DNA from: Camelus dromedarius
Taxonomy: Eukaryota
Length of the DNA stretch: 64,000 nucleotides
Reading direction: 5' to 3'
Assembly (NCBI RefSeq): GCF_036321535.1
Contig: NC_087436.1
Span: 108,750,001 to 108,814,000, forward strand
Under the pieces are notes generated by a model. The model made no database searches. It worked only from the letters and a program-made list of their open reading frames with translations, and was not told the DNA's origin. Positions 26,372 to 39,745 of this stretch are shown here, one piece after another. A program made the translations under genes and the position numbers. Position 1 is the first letter of the stretch. Each line of letters begins with the position of its first letter.

Positions 26372-27426
26372 GAAATGGGAAATGAGTCTTTGGAGAGGCT
26401 AAGTTTACTACTCTAAAGTGAAAGTGAATTATCCAAGTAAATTAAAAAGAAAGAAAAATGATTATAACAAAATGATGAAAGAAGAGAAACCCAATAGGAT
26501 CTGGACCCCAGTGGGATTAGGTAGGAACAATGTATTGATTAGGCGTATTTTGAGGTTACAATGACTGAAAACCTGCCTGGTGGCAGCGTAAACCTGTAAG
26601 AGTTTATTTTCTTGGCTTCGTGAGAAGACTGGACATGCGGAGTTTCTGTTGGCATTGGTTTGGTGTCTCAGTGAGGTCAGGGCTGGCATCTGTGGGAATC
26701 GTTTGACCTTTCATTCATGGCTGTGAAATAACTACAACGGCTCGATGGCACCTCCTCCCAGGCAGGTGGGAGGGAAGGATGCACTCGTCATAGCTGTCAT
26801 TTTATCGTGAAGCACAAACTGCCACCCACCCATGAAGACAGCACAATAGACATTGGCAAACATCTTATTGCCCACATTGTGCTTCCTTACCAACCTGAAT
26901 GGAAAGAAGACAAAGGCAGTGAGTAACTTGTTTTCAGTCTTTATAGTCGGGGTGGGCAGGGGAAAAGAAGGCTGGAACAAGTGGGAGTAAATGTGGCCAA
27001 ATCAGTGTGTCCCAAATGACAGAATGACTGAGAGGAGCATGGGAGAATGTTTGTTTCTGACATTCATGGGCCCCAGCCCGCTAGTGGGAGTGCCTGTTGG
27101 GCTGCTGACGGGGATGACAGTCTGTGTCCCGTGTGGTTGTGCAGAAGCAACTTAGTGGAGAGTTGGGTGTGTTATAAAATCTCGGGCTGCTGGGGTAGTG
27201 AGCTAAGGGTGATCTGCACAGCCAGTTATCACTGTATGAGTATCTAATAATGCAAAGTCTTACACACTGAGTCGCAAGGACTATGCATTTCTTGTAAGCA
27301 GTTTTCCTTAATAACATAAATAAGCACTCTATGAAAAACAGTAAAAAAAAAAAAACAGAAAAACACAAAAATACAATAAAACAAACAGAAAATAAAAGTC
27401 CCACAATCCAAAGGTAACCACTGGTT

Positions 27427-27568
27427 GGGAAGGATATAGCTCAGTGGTAGAGTGTAAGCCTGGCACGCACAAGGTCCCGGGTTCAATCCCCAGTACTTCC
27501 ATTAACAAACAAACAAACAAACAAATAAATAAAACCTAATTACCTTCCCCCACAAAAAAATAAAAAGA
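27427..27568 (+). mobile_element. Camelid-type tRNA-derived SINE (vic-1-like), full length
   Basis: Pol III A box TAGCTCAGTGG (27437-27447), B box GGTTCAATCCC (27480-27490), (CAAA)n linker, cctaattaccttccccc, A-rich tail. Confidence 0.85.
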
Positions 27569-27639
27569 AGACAACATCTCCAAGCTTAACTTAAATATAA
27601 AGTGAAATAATAAAGGCATACAAAACTTTAAATAAAGAA

Positions 27640-27820
27640 TATTTGTGAGCTATTTGCTAAATAGCAGGCACTGTACTAAACACTTTGTATTAATGATATC
27701 ATTCAAGCTCTCAAAGAACTGAATGAGGCAAGCACTTTTAACATCTCTGCCTGTGAGGTGCTGTTATCTCTACTATGAGGACACTGAGCCTTAGCAGTTC
27801 GAGTAACCTGCCCAAGCAGC
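27640..27820 (-). mobile_element. MIR SINE
   Basis: caggcactgtactaaacacttt…tgaggacactgagccttagcagttcgagtaacctgcccaag. Confidence 0.7.
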
Positions 27821-29005
27821 GCAGCCCTCCGCGCCCCGCACGTGTTTGCTGAGAGACCCACAAGCAGCAGCCGTCAGTTCTCCACAGGGAAGAGGGGCGT
27901 CGGGAAGAACCTCACTGAGGAGACGCCCCTAGGACCTCGTCACAATTGCAAAATTACCCCGATCTGTTCTCTGTTGAAAATGGCAGCACGTAAGTGGCTC
28001 AATATGAATCGTAATCCAGCCATTCGAGGGGAATTCTCACCAGCTTTACAGCGAATAAGTCGTAGAAGGCAGCTCCCAACCAGGGGAGGAAGCAAACTTG
28101 AATCGATTTTAAGCACAATGAGCAGGCTGGGAAGGTTGTAAGGACAATAGATAGCATTCCAACTGTCAGACTTTCAGAAAAAATGACAACAGGACGCCCG
28201 ACAGAGATAAGGAAACAATTATATCTAATTCAGTTAATTAGATTAGTTCCCTGCAGCTGGTGCTCAGGGCTATTACATAAATGTCCAATATTCTAGGTTA
28301 GGAACCTCTTTTATCAGAACAAGTTGTTGTGAGTAAATATATGTGAGGAACTAGCTTAAAAATGTTGAGAACTTGATAACAGTCACTTGTTCAAGGCAAT
28401 TTGATTGTTTTGAATTCCTTACATTCTAACAAAGGCACAAAGAGAAAAGCCAAAGTAAATAGTCATATTTCTTAATTATCAAACTAATAATCTCTCTTAA
28501 ATTCTTAATGACTGTGCTTTTAAATAAATAATGTCTTCCCTACTTGAATTTGTCAATAACAGAGTTTACTCAGCAAAACGATGTCTGTTCTCATGGCCAT
28601 CATGGCTGTATATAAGATATCCAATGATGTTTTTAGTGTTTAATGAGTTTTAGTATTTACTACTTCATTTGATTTTTCATAATCAATAATCACATGAAGT
28701 ACATGTATATCTGTCCACATTTTATATAGATTTAAGGAGATCTGTTTAGTAACTTAACCAAAGTTGCAAATCTGGTAGATCAAAAGAGCCAGACTTAGGG
28801 CTTCCAAAATTTTAGTCAAAATTCTTGGACTATATATTATATATATATTATATTACAATATTACAATATAATATATAAATATAATATATTAATTGACCCC
28901 CAAATTATATTAAGGATTCTTTTAATTTACATAATGACATAATATATCACCTCAGGTCTAACCTATGTTAGCATTTACAAGCCAGCCTTCATTATAATGA
29001 ATCTC

Positions 29006-29530
29006 AATGACTAGATAAAGGAGCTGTGGTGTATTTATACCATGGAATAATACTCAGCCATAAAAAAGAATAAAATAATGCCATTTGCAGCAACATGGAT
29101 GGACCTAAAGATCATCATTCTAAGTGAAGTTAGCCAGAAAGAGAAAGAAAAATACTATATGATATCACACATATGTGGAATCTAATAAAAAGAAAAAAAC
29201 AAGACACTAATGAACTCATCTATAAAACAAGAAACAGACTCACAGACATAGTAAACAATCTTACGGTTACCAGGGGAAAGCAGGTGGGAAGGCATACATT
29301 TGGGAGTTCGAGATTTGCAAATGTTAGCCACTAAATATAAAGATAGATTTAAAAAAACACATTTCTTCTGTATAGCATAGGGAACTAGATTCAATATCTT
29401 TAAATGACCTTTAATGAAAAATAATATGAAAATGAATATATGTATGTATATGCATGACTGGGACACTGTGCTGTACACCAGAAACTGACACATTGTAACT
29501 GACTGCACTTCAACAACAACAAAAAAACAA
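29006..29530 (+). mobile_element. Relatively young 5'-truncated L1 (lineage-type 3' UTR)
   Basis: tactcagccataaaaaagaataaaataatgccatttgcagcaacatggatggacct; A-rich tail; TSD tgaatctc at 28998-29005 and 29534-29541. Confidence 0.9.
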
Positions 29531-30521
29531 GAGTGAATCTCCGAAGTAAACATCCCTTCTGTGGTGCTGGTATTTTGTTATATTGGAATAATGGGTTCTA
29601 ACTAGATCATGATTTCTAAGGTAGCATCGTATCGTGTCTTGCCAAAGTCTACAAACTATACTCATTAAACTTAATGAGTATTTCTGTGGGGCAGAAACTC
29701 TTCTAGGCACTGAAGATTCAACAAACAAATCAGATCAATATGTTTCCATGGAGCTCCCAAAGCTGAGCTCAACATCCCCAGTGTCACAAATGGAGACATT
29801 CATTCCTCCTAGGCATTCAATGTAAAAGCACTTAAATTATCCTTCTCCTTCAACCTATTAGATCCACAAAGCCTCACAACAGTGTGCAGTGGTAAAGGTC
29901 TAGAGCTCGAATAAAGGGACATGTAGGTTTCCTACAGGTGAGGGAGCAGATGGAAACCTAGAGAGAGTATGCAAAATACATTTAGAAGATGAAAAAATGG
30001 CCCTATGTGAATACAGTAAGAAGGACATTTAAGGACAGGACACTGAAAAGTGGGTAAGATCTAAATACTGAGTGACCTTGAATGCCATTTTAGGGGATTT
30101 GGATTTTATCTGGTAGGCAGTGGGGAGCAATGGACAGTTTTGACTGCTCTGTCTTACATCTCCTGTTCCTGATGGAGTCCCTGGCACAGCAGGCACTCTG
30201 AAGCATGTATTTTCTGAATTAGTGAATGAATATGTTCCTGTTATGTTGGAATTCTGCTTTAGAAAGACTGGTCTCATGGAGGTGTGAGATATAGATGAGT
30301 CTGGGTCATCAGTTATAATATTATAGTAATAATTTACCCAAGAGGAGATAAAGCAGTGACTGGGAAGGGGGGACATGGACCTTCAGATGACCAGAACATT
30401 GACATGTTCCACTTGCCACCACCTCAGTGGATAATGTCCAACAGCAGCCCTCATAATCACTTTCATTTCCCAGTTGATACTCATTTTCCCCTCAGCCATC
30501 AGCAAACATTTATTGAAGTCC

Positions 30522-30901
30522 TGTTGAAGGCTGAACTAGGTCCCCTGCAAAATTCATAGACTGAAGCCTTAACTACACTCCCCAACCTTTCTTCAGAATC
30601 TGACTGTGTTTGTATTTGGAAATGAGGTATTTTAAAGGGTGATTAAGTTAAAAGTGAAGCTATAGGGTGGGGTCCTAATCCAATATGATCGGGTCCTTGT
30701 AAGAAGCGAAAGAGACACCAAGGATCTGCAGGTACAGAGGAAAGGCCATGCAGCCAAGGAGAAACTCCAAGAAAAAAAACAAACATTCTAACACTTTGAT
30801 CTTGGACTTCAAGCCTCTAGAATTGTGAGAGAATACATTTCTATTCTTTAAGCCACCCAGTCCATAGTATTTTGTTATAACAGCCCTAACAAACAAATGC
30901 A
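30522..30901 (+). mobile_element. MaLR solo LTR (MLT1A/B-like) inserted in an L2 end
   Basis: tgttgaaggctgaact…gtatttggaaatgagg…gggtcctaatccaat…ttgatcttggacttcaagcctctagaattgtgag…taagccacccagtc. Confidence 0.85.
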
Positions 30902-33900
30902 CCTCCTATGTGCAGAATGCCATGTCAGCCAAGGAAATATTTTTACTTTCAAATTCTAATAGCATCACCTGATGTCTTAAGCTGGGCTGGAAAATGCCTT
31001 CCTTAAACACCTTCTTCCAAAAACAACTCCTTCGTCCTCCTTCTTCTCCTCCTCCTCCTCTTCCTTCTTTCTAAATCATCTTCTGCCTGCTGTCTCTCTC
31101 ATTGCTAACTCCTCAAATGCCTGAGGATAAACATGAGTAGAATTACAACCTCTTAGATTTGTTTAGACGGAAATGAAATTAAATTTGAAGGAAGAGTTCT
31201 TGCATAAAATTTATACATTTTAAAATTTGGTATTTAAGATTATATTATTACTTGAACATTTGCTAATCAAGATGTAAGAAAAACAGTTAAGTCTTAATTA
31301 AACAAGCTTTTTGTTAAGGACTCTCTAATCAAGAGTGCTAGAAAAATAGATGAGTTGTTTCAATGCTGTGCCTTAGCGAGATGTTTTGTATTAATTTTGG
31401 AAATCTATCATAAACCTTTTGTCTGCTATGTTTAAACACTCACCTTAAAAAAGATAATATGAAAACCACAATGTTGTTTAAGTATTTCGTTCAGAAAATT
31501 CCATGTGACTTCTGAGTCATCAATGCATAATTGACAAATAGTTTCAAAATGAAGGCTTTGACAGCTGTTAAGACTTGGCTAGGATTTCAAATCGTATATA
31601 GTTTTAAACCACGAACACTCTAGAAAATCAGCCACTAAATCAGTGACATCCTATGAAATTAAGCATATTTGAAAACTTTCTCAAGTCTGGGAGAACAGCT
31701 TGACTTCATGGGAGCCGGGAGTTCTGCTACTAAAGAAGAGGAATATGTCACATACAGAAATGTAGAAAGTTCTGTACATAGTTGATTCAGTTCTTCATTC
31801 ACTTTTTGCTCTCAGGGCTAAAGAATGATGGAATTCTAACTGAGAAGAAAATTAGCTCATTGGGTAAATGCAATTCTTTAAAAGACTGCTTCCATAAATC
31901 TCTGGCAAACTAAGAGCCTCTCATCAAGGAGAGCCAGGCACCACCTGCTGTGTTTGGTTTAAAACTGATCATCTAATCGAGTGTGACTGCCGGGACTGCC
32001 TCAGAGCGGGGAGGGGTTGATGAGAACCTGCTCCCAGCAATCTTCTCAGGCAATTAAAATATTGCCAGTGTGTCATGAATTTGCCAGATAAGCTCCAGGC
32101 TTTCCTTTTTCTATTTAGCTAGCCTGCATTGATTTATGAGCGGCCACATGCCTTAGCTGTGTGTTAGGTAGGAATTGCATAAAAGTCTGTTTAAAGAGAT
32201 CCCTTCCCTATTGTACCTGCCTCTTACTGACCAGTTAGCACATAATGGGCCAGACACTGGGTAACTGATTTTGAAGGGCCTTGAGCTGGCAATAGATTAC
32301 AAGTGCAAGTCTTGGCTGCACTCCTAACTAATGGGTAACCAGGGCAGGCCACCTCGTAGCTCTGCAGGTCTCAATGTCCTCATGTAGGGAGTAGGGTGAT
32401 AGTAAGGCCTTCCTCGTAGGGTTGTGAAGCTTAAGAGTTAACGCGTGGAGAGTTCTCAATAGATTCATTCAATCCTTAGTAATTCTTATGAATCATTATT
32501 ACTCTTAACAGGTTTTCATTACACGCCTCTGATAAGCCAGACAAGGGAGAAACAACAACACAAAACAGGCATGGGCCAGGGCTCTCGTGGAGTTTATATT
32601 CTGAAAGGAAAACAAACCAAAGAGGGAGGGAATGTTGCCCCATTATAAGCTCCACTGTTTAGATCACAGATTCTGTGGCCAGATGCTTTCTCTGCCCACT
32701 ATTGTAAATGAAGAGTTAAAAGTGAATACTACACTCTGCAAGACAAAATTAGCTTAACGTCTTTTAAGGTGATGAAAATTGAGTTAAAGCTAGAAACAAG
32801 CCAAAACGAAATAATGGGAGTAATTTAAGCGGCTAAAAGCCTGGTCTTAACTAGAAGAGTAAATATAAGGTAGAAATAATCAATATTGTTGTTTGTAAGT
32901 TATAAAAACTGAAAAAGTAATCAAATCATGAGGCAAAACTTAACATAGAATGAAATATGTTGAAAAATTATGCGAAACTAGGCAAAGAAATAGACCCTAA
33001 TGGAACAATAAAAAGAAAGAATAAAATACAATATGAGATGATAAAGTAAAAGCAATCATCGGTAAAAAATAAAGACCCACAGGACAAAATTTAAAGGAAA
33101 AAACCCTCAAAGCATTAAAGAGAGAAATAAATTTTTAAAAGGTAACAACAACAAAAAATAGAGGCAGATATTTCAAATTTCGCTTAAAAAAGAAGCCACC
33201 AGTGAAAGATCATGTGGGTGAAACTAGGCATCAACTAATTTATAATAATTTGAAGATGACCCTCAGCTCCTTCAAAACATGGAAACATTTAAAGATTGAA
33301 ACAGATTTACTTCAACAACAACAAAAAAACTACTTTCCATCTGAAAATAAAAATTGTATCTTTTGTAAAACCCGTGGCCTATCATTTTTTATTTGTATCT
33401 TTAAAGTCTACAAGGAAGAAGAAAAGTTACTTCTTTCCTTGACTGAAACACGGGGCCCTACAACAGGAGTAGGAAGAGGTGGAATGAACGACCCTGGCAG
33501 ATGAGGAAGGCCAGCTCTAAATCCCTGCCACGGCCCCGGTCTCTGTGGAAATCAGTGGAGAGTTAGCAGTATCAAATCAAGGAATGGTGCAAAATGAAGA
33601 GGAACAGAAAGAGATATGATTGCTGTTAAGTAGGAAAAGCAAGAAGAAGAATGAAAATACACCTCTTAGACTTTGTTTTGCATAGTTAAGTGTATTGTCT
33701 GCCTTTAACAGTTCGCAGTGTTTTTAGATCCTTGCTCTTAACCTGCCTTGTAAGGACTGGCTCGCTCCATAAAGAATAATGATTCTGTATCCACAAATAG
33801 CATCGTGGTATCGGCCTCATATACCTTAACCCTAGTGGTCTGTGATACTTAATTTTAACTTGCACACCACTCATATTGAAGCTAGGAAATTTTTCCCATA

Positions 33901-35026
33901 TGAGAAACTATGGTACAATATTAACTAATAATAACTCATTTCTCTCAAATTTTGATAAAGCATTTTACATGTTCATTGTCTCATTAGAATAAAAGTTTGA
34001 TGTTCATGCTACCTCTGTGCATACCAAGATGACACATCCAATTAATCTATTTTCAGTTCCTTTCTTTAAAATAGCCCAGTGCACCAGCAGGGTGGGGCTG
34101 CGGGGCTGAGTTGAGGACCTCATGGTTCCTTATTTTCATCTGACTCTGCTGTGATCAGCTCCTTTTCCTGAAGGGCAGTTTCAGTGGTTTTCCTGTGGCT
34201 TCCTGCAACCTGGCACAGACTCCCCAGCTCCCCACCTTATCTCCAGACCCTGCGAGAAGAGAACTTATCTGAAGTTTTTCTCAGTTGTTCCACTGATTAT
34301 GAGAATAATTTTTTAAAGTTTATCAAGCCCCAGCAGGGCCAGACTTGCAGGTCCCCAAAAGGGAGGACTTGTGTCACTCCATTACCTAATGATTTGGGCA
34401 TCTTAGAATCAGTGTGAACAAAATGAATGACCCCTCAGAGGAGAAGTCTAGAAGATGTGTCAAGGGTTCCTTCTAGGATCATTTATTGAAACCCGCCATT
34501 GACCTTGTGTCACTGGGCAGAATTCTATAGGTCAGAGTTAACATGAAATGAGTCTCTGTGGAAGAGTTAAAAGGATTGACTGAATGAAGAACCAAGAGAA
34601 CCTCTTTGAAAGATTTTCCCTTGGTAGTGTGGACAGCTAGAGTGAATCTCTGCTGTTAATCATGCTTAAAATAGTGAGCATCTCTGCATACTCCCCATGT
34701 GCCAGCTCACTTGACCTTCACAACAACCTCATGAGGTTGGTATGCTTCTTATCCTCATTTCCAGATGAAAAACGGAAGCCTCGAGAGTTAGGGCGTGTTC
34801 CCAAAGCCACACAGTAAATGGCAAAACAGGATTCACCATCTATAGTCCTAACCTATGTTACACTGCCATCACTAGGGCCATCAATATTTAAACCTGATTA
34901 CGTTTTGAGAAGATTCAGAGATCGACAGCTTATTAATGATAGTGCCCCCCCAACCCTCATTCATACCGAATTGAGATAAGATTTTCAAAGCAGAGGCATC
35001 TAGATGACTAATGTGACATGATGTAT

Positions 35027-35184
35027 ACTGTGCTTTCAACAATTTAATGTGCATACAAATCACCTGAAGATCTTATTAAAATGCAAATTGTGATTCAGTA
35101 GCTCAGGGGTGGTTCCAAAGATTCTGAATTCCTAACAAGCTCACAGATGAGGCTGCTGGCCTGAGAACCATTTTAAGTGGCAAG
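35027..35184. mobile_element. hAT-Charlie MITE (MER5-like)
   Basis: gtgcatacaaatcacctgaagatcttattaaaatgcaaattgtgattcagtag…ctaacaagctc. Confidence 0.75.
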
Positions 35185-35355
35185 AACAGAAAGGAAATGG
35201 GTAACTTTACAGAGTGAGAAATGTTGGAATAGCGTCTCAGCTAGACAGCAATTGAGCTGTACGTTTCCTTAGCTTTCTGAATCTTCTCATTTGCAAAACG
35301 TGGGCTGTAATACCAAACATGTATATTTCAGGACTGTTTGTTTGACTTTTCAAGC

Positions 35356-35515
35356 TTTTTTTTTTTGATTGAGGTATAGTTGATGTACGATATTATATAA
35401 GTTTCAGGTGCACAAAATGGTGGTTCACCATTTTTAAAGGTTATGCTCCATTTATAGTCATGATAAAATATTGGCTATGTTCCCTGTTCTACCGTATATC
35501 CTTGTAGCTTATTTT
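35356..35515 (-). mobile_element. Short L1 3' end inserted in a MIR
   Basis: Poly-T then gattgaggtatagttgatgtacgatattatataagtttcaggtg…tattggctatgttccctgt; MIR-like sequence on both sides. Confidence 0.8.
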
Positions 35516-38179
35516 ATGAGGATTGTTTTTGATAATCATATTGGATAATGCTTTGTAAATGCTCAAAAAAAGGCATTTATTACTATCATGATTAACATGA
35601 AGCTCAAACTTGTTCAGCTCAATGTCCCCAGAAGCCTCCATGAACCTCAGATATTTATCAGATTGTCCTGCTCGGTTCTATGCACATGCGATCCTGAGGT
35701 CACATTGAATTCAGTGGTTTTGCTCATCCAGAGAATAAGATAGGATCCGTAATTTTCCTTACTCACAAAGCCATTTTCACAAGCTTCTTATGAAATTTTA
35801 GCCTAAGAGCACAATATTGCTTTTTCTCTGCAAGGATGTCTTATCTCAGTTTCATAATTCTGATCTGTTCCTTTTTATGATCCAAAGGTGTTTTAACAGC
35901 CTTGTTGTCTTAAACTATTAAAGTTTGTTGACAATGCTGGGTTTCCTACCACCACCACCCCTTCCCCCGCCCCAGTTCCATTAACCAGCAGCCTAACATT
36001 GAAGGCCACCAAATATGGGCTGGCTCTGCATGCTTTCAAGGGTCAGTTTTCTGAATGCCCTTGTCTCCGATTGACAGATAGGTTTGCCAGGATCTGGCCT
36101 TTCAGAATTATCCCAATGAAATGCTAATTGTTTTTTGGAAACCTTGAAAAAGTCATGATTTATTCATATACAAGGAGCCTTCCATTCCTCCTTTGGAATT
36201 CAAATGACATTGATTCATTCAACAAATACGTATTGAACAGCCAATGTTGGCATCATGCATGATGCTGAGGGGACAGAGATGAATGAAACATAAACAGTGT
36301 ATGTGTGGCCTTAATGCTCAGACCGACCAGGCATTTCATTAGTTTTTAGACGTCTGATCTTGGACAAGCTAAAACATGACTGAGTTCAGTTTCTTCCTGG
36401 ATAAATGATTTTATGAGGCTTATACAAGACAGTATTTATTATGTGCCCTTTATAATATTTAGTCATAGCAGATTTCTGAACTGTTATAGTTTGGGGTTTC
36501 CCAAACAGCCCTCTATTTCATTTCATGGAGATGTGGAAGAGCCAGAGAATTGAATGGATTCAACACTGTGTAAGGAAGGAGTTCTGAATGACAGAGGATG
36601 GCAAGAATCAGCCTCTAGAATAAAGTGATTTTGTTTTCTAAATTATTTCACTTTCATCTCAAAAGGTTACCCTCTCTCCAATAAATCTCTAAGATCCCTG
36701 GGAGAGAAGGCTGCAAGGAGCATTTAATGAGACTAAAGCATCAACAGACATTTGTGGAATTGAAATGAGTGATTCTAGGATGTTCAGGGTTAAGCTTTTA
36801 GTCCCAATGTGTTTGAGGTGAAGCCTGGTTAGTGTGAATTATAGAGGGATTATGTTTTACTTGAAGAACATGTTCTTGATGATCTCCAGAATTTAAGGTC
36901 TTAATTGGATATTTCTGTAAGGCTTACAAAGATGGCCAGAGTTTTTGTTACAGGCTGTAAGGAATATTGTCTTAAAGCAAGACCATATATAGCTCACCAT
37001 TCATTCAGTCCGCCAGCTTTGAAGCTACGAAATTCTTGACAAATGTAACAAAAATTTGCGTATTGCATTGGTTTCAAATTTGCACATAATGTGAGACTTT
37101 ATTATTTATATGTTATTCTTTCAAATTTGCATTCAAAATGTGACTTCAATTTATGCAACTCAAAGAATTCTCTTAGACAACATTTTGATGTGGTCAAGAT
37201 TGTTACTTATGGAAAGGTATCAGACAACATCTACCAAGTTGGCATGAAATTAATTTTCTGCAGCAGGACCTAGCCCCCACCCCCTGCTGTGATAAAATTT
37301 TAGCATCAGGTTTTTCTGACTCAGTTTCTAATAAATAAAAATGTTGAGAGGCAGACAGAGCTGCCTGTCTTCAACGACAGTATTTCACTTTGTGGGTCAG
37401 CCCAAAGCATCAGTTACCAAAAGTCAAATTAGTAGGAAGAGCCATCTTAGGGATATTGATTTGTTGTCCTTGATTTTTCTGTAGCACTGATAGAGAATTT
37501 AGGGTTAAAATATTAGGGATCTTTCCAACTGTACCGTTTAATTGAATATGACTTAGTCTGAACCAATACTGTTGTCCTCTGTCAGTATCACTTTTACCTC
37601 AACATGTACGATACTGTGACTAGTAAGTGGTGATCATTTCAATTGACTTAATGAGTTAGAAATCTGCATTTATGTTCTTCTCTAACTGCTGAAAGTGTGC
37701 AAGCATCTTTTTTTGCATTAAGAGATACATACTGGAGTTTAAATCCTTAGCTACTTGCTGAGGGATATGGGAGAAGTGACTTAAAATCTCTGAGCTATTT
37801 AGGTTTTTGAGTATAAAACAGGGACCAAGTTTACAAAGTTGTTGTAAGAATGAGTGATAACATATATAAGATGCCTAGTACCCTGCTTAGCATGCAGCAG
37901 GTGCAAAATGACTGGTGGTCACGTTGAGATAGCTGTTCTTTATGTAAAGATCAGTGAACATCAACCACTTGATAGATTTTACATTTATTATTCAATGCAC
38001 TTTTTGTTGAGAAGCTACTATGTGCCAGACACTAAGACTCTGAGTATAAAGCAATAAAAATACAGAAATTCCCTGCTCTCAGGGAATTTACTATCCCGTG
38101 GAAATAGGCAAGTAATAAACATATAACTAAAGCACATTTTAGGCTTTACAGATAGAGCTACTAAAAGTAGTTGATGACA

Positions 38180-38261
38180 ATTGTCCTAGCATCATTATTA
38201 CTAGTGTCCCTTTTCCATTCTAAGTGGTGTTCCAGGTTGGACAATAAATTTTGTGGTTGAC
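38180..38261 (+). mobile_element. Partial MER94-like hAT MITE
   Basis: ttgtcctagcatcattattactagtgtcccttttc…gttccaggttggacaataaattttgtggt resembles the MER94 right half. Confidence 0.55.
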
Positions 38262-38622
38262 TGTGTTAGTTTTCTAGGGCTGCTATCACAAGCCTGGGTG
38301 GTTTAAATAGGAATTTATTTCTTCACGGTGCTGGAGGCTGGAAGTTCAAGGTGTTAGCAGTTTGATTTCTCCTGAGGCCTCTCTCCTTGCTGGCAGACAG
38401 CCTCCTCAGTGTCCTCACATGGGATGCAGGCATCCCTAGTGTCTCTCCTCCTCTTTTTATACAGACATCAGTCAGATGGAATTAGGAGCCATCCTAAAGG
38501 CATCATTTTCATTTAATTGCCTCTTTAAAGGCTCTGTCTCCAAATATTGTCAACTATTCTGAGGTCCTGAGGGCCAGGGCTTCTACCTGCAAATCTGGGA
38601 GGGACACAGTCCAGCTAACAGC
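38262..38622 (-). mobile_element. MaLR solo LTR (MLT1A0-like); L2 fragments flank the cluster (about 37980-38130 and 38625-38945)
   Basis: tgtgttagttttctagggctgct…gctggaggctggaagttcaagg…ctgaggcctctctccttg…gtcctcacatgg…gggacacagtccag. Confidence 0.85.
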
Positions 38623-39306
38623 ATAGAGCCATGTAGTAAAATAAAGCAGGAAAGAAATATAGTGAATCATTATGCGAGGGTCCAGGTTTAAATAGGATGA
38701 TCAGAGAAGGACTCACTGAGATGCTAATGTTGGAGTAAAGACCCGAAGGAGGTGAGGCAGTGACCTTGATGACACTTGAGATAAGGCACTTCAGGCACAG
38801 GGACCAGTAAGTAGCAAGGACAGAATGAGAAGAGTGAACTAGGACATGAAACAGACAGATGAGTTTTGGTGGGAGGACTGTAAACACTTTGTAGACCATT
38901 GAAGGGAACCTGGCTACTAGTCTCAGTGATATGGAAAGTCATCTGATACTCAGTAAATAACTGATTAATTAATTAGAAGCAAAGATGGCAAGATCCTCAC
39001 GTCTGGTTTAGTTCTTTGTGAATGCTTGTCTTCAACAGAGATTTACCCAGCCCTAGCTACAGAATCTTTATGCGACTCCACACAGCTAGACATCCACTCA
39101 GGTGCAGTGTGCAGTGGATTAATTCACCTACGATGAATATGCTTAGTAGCAATTTGAAAAAACTACCAGTCCCACTAAGAAGGCATCACAAGGTCGCACC
39201 ATGTCTCATATTTTGAGGGACTTCATAGATAAAGCTGAGAATGAATCTGTGGCTACGGTATAATTTGACTTTTTCTGGCGTTCTTAAAAATCTGTTAATT
39301 AATGTC

Positions 39307-39745
39307 TGTATTTGTTTCCTAGAGCTTCTGTGGATAAATTGTTGCAAAGTAGATGGTTTAAAACAACAGAAATTTATTCTTTCAGAGTTTAGAAGGCCAG
39401 AAGTCTGAAATTAAGGTGTCAGCATGGTTGGTTTCTTCTGAAGGCTCTGAAGGAGACTCTTGTGCCTTGTTTAGTTCTGAGGGTTGACGGCAATCACTGG
39501 CCTTCCTTGGCTAGCAGCTGCATCACTCCAGTGTCTGCCTCCATCTGTACACAGTCCTCTTCCCCGTGAGTGTGTGTGTCCTTTCTCTTATAAGGACACT
39601 AGTCATTCAATTTAGGGCCCACCCTCATTCAGTATGACCTCATCTTGACTAATTACATCTGCAAAACCTCTCTTTCCAAATAAGATCACATTCTGAGGTT
39701 CAGTGTGAACTTCAGTTTTTGAGAGACATCTCTCAACACAGTACA
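39307..39745 (-). mobile_element. MaLR solo LTR (MLT1C-like) with perfect 5-bp TSD
   Basis: TG…CA termini; TSD ATGTC at 39302-39306 and 39746-39750; aaacaacagaaatttattct, tcttataaggacactagtcatt, ttccaaataagatcacattctgagg. Confidence 0.92.

Noticed and set aside
27427..27500. tRNA gene
   Set aside because: A and B boxes are present, but the acceptor stem is imperfect and the sequence continues into a SINE body and A-rich tail.
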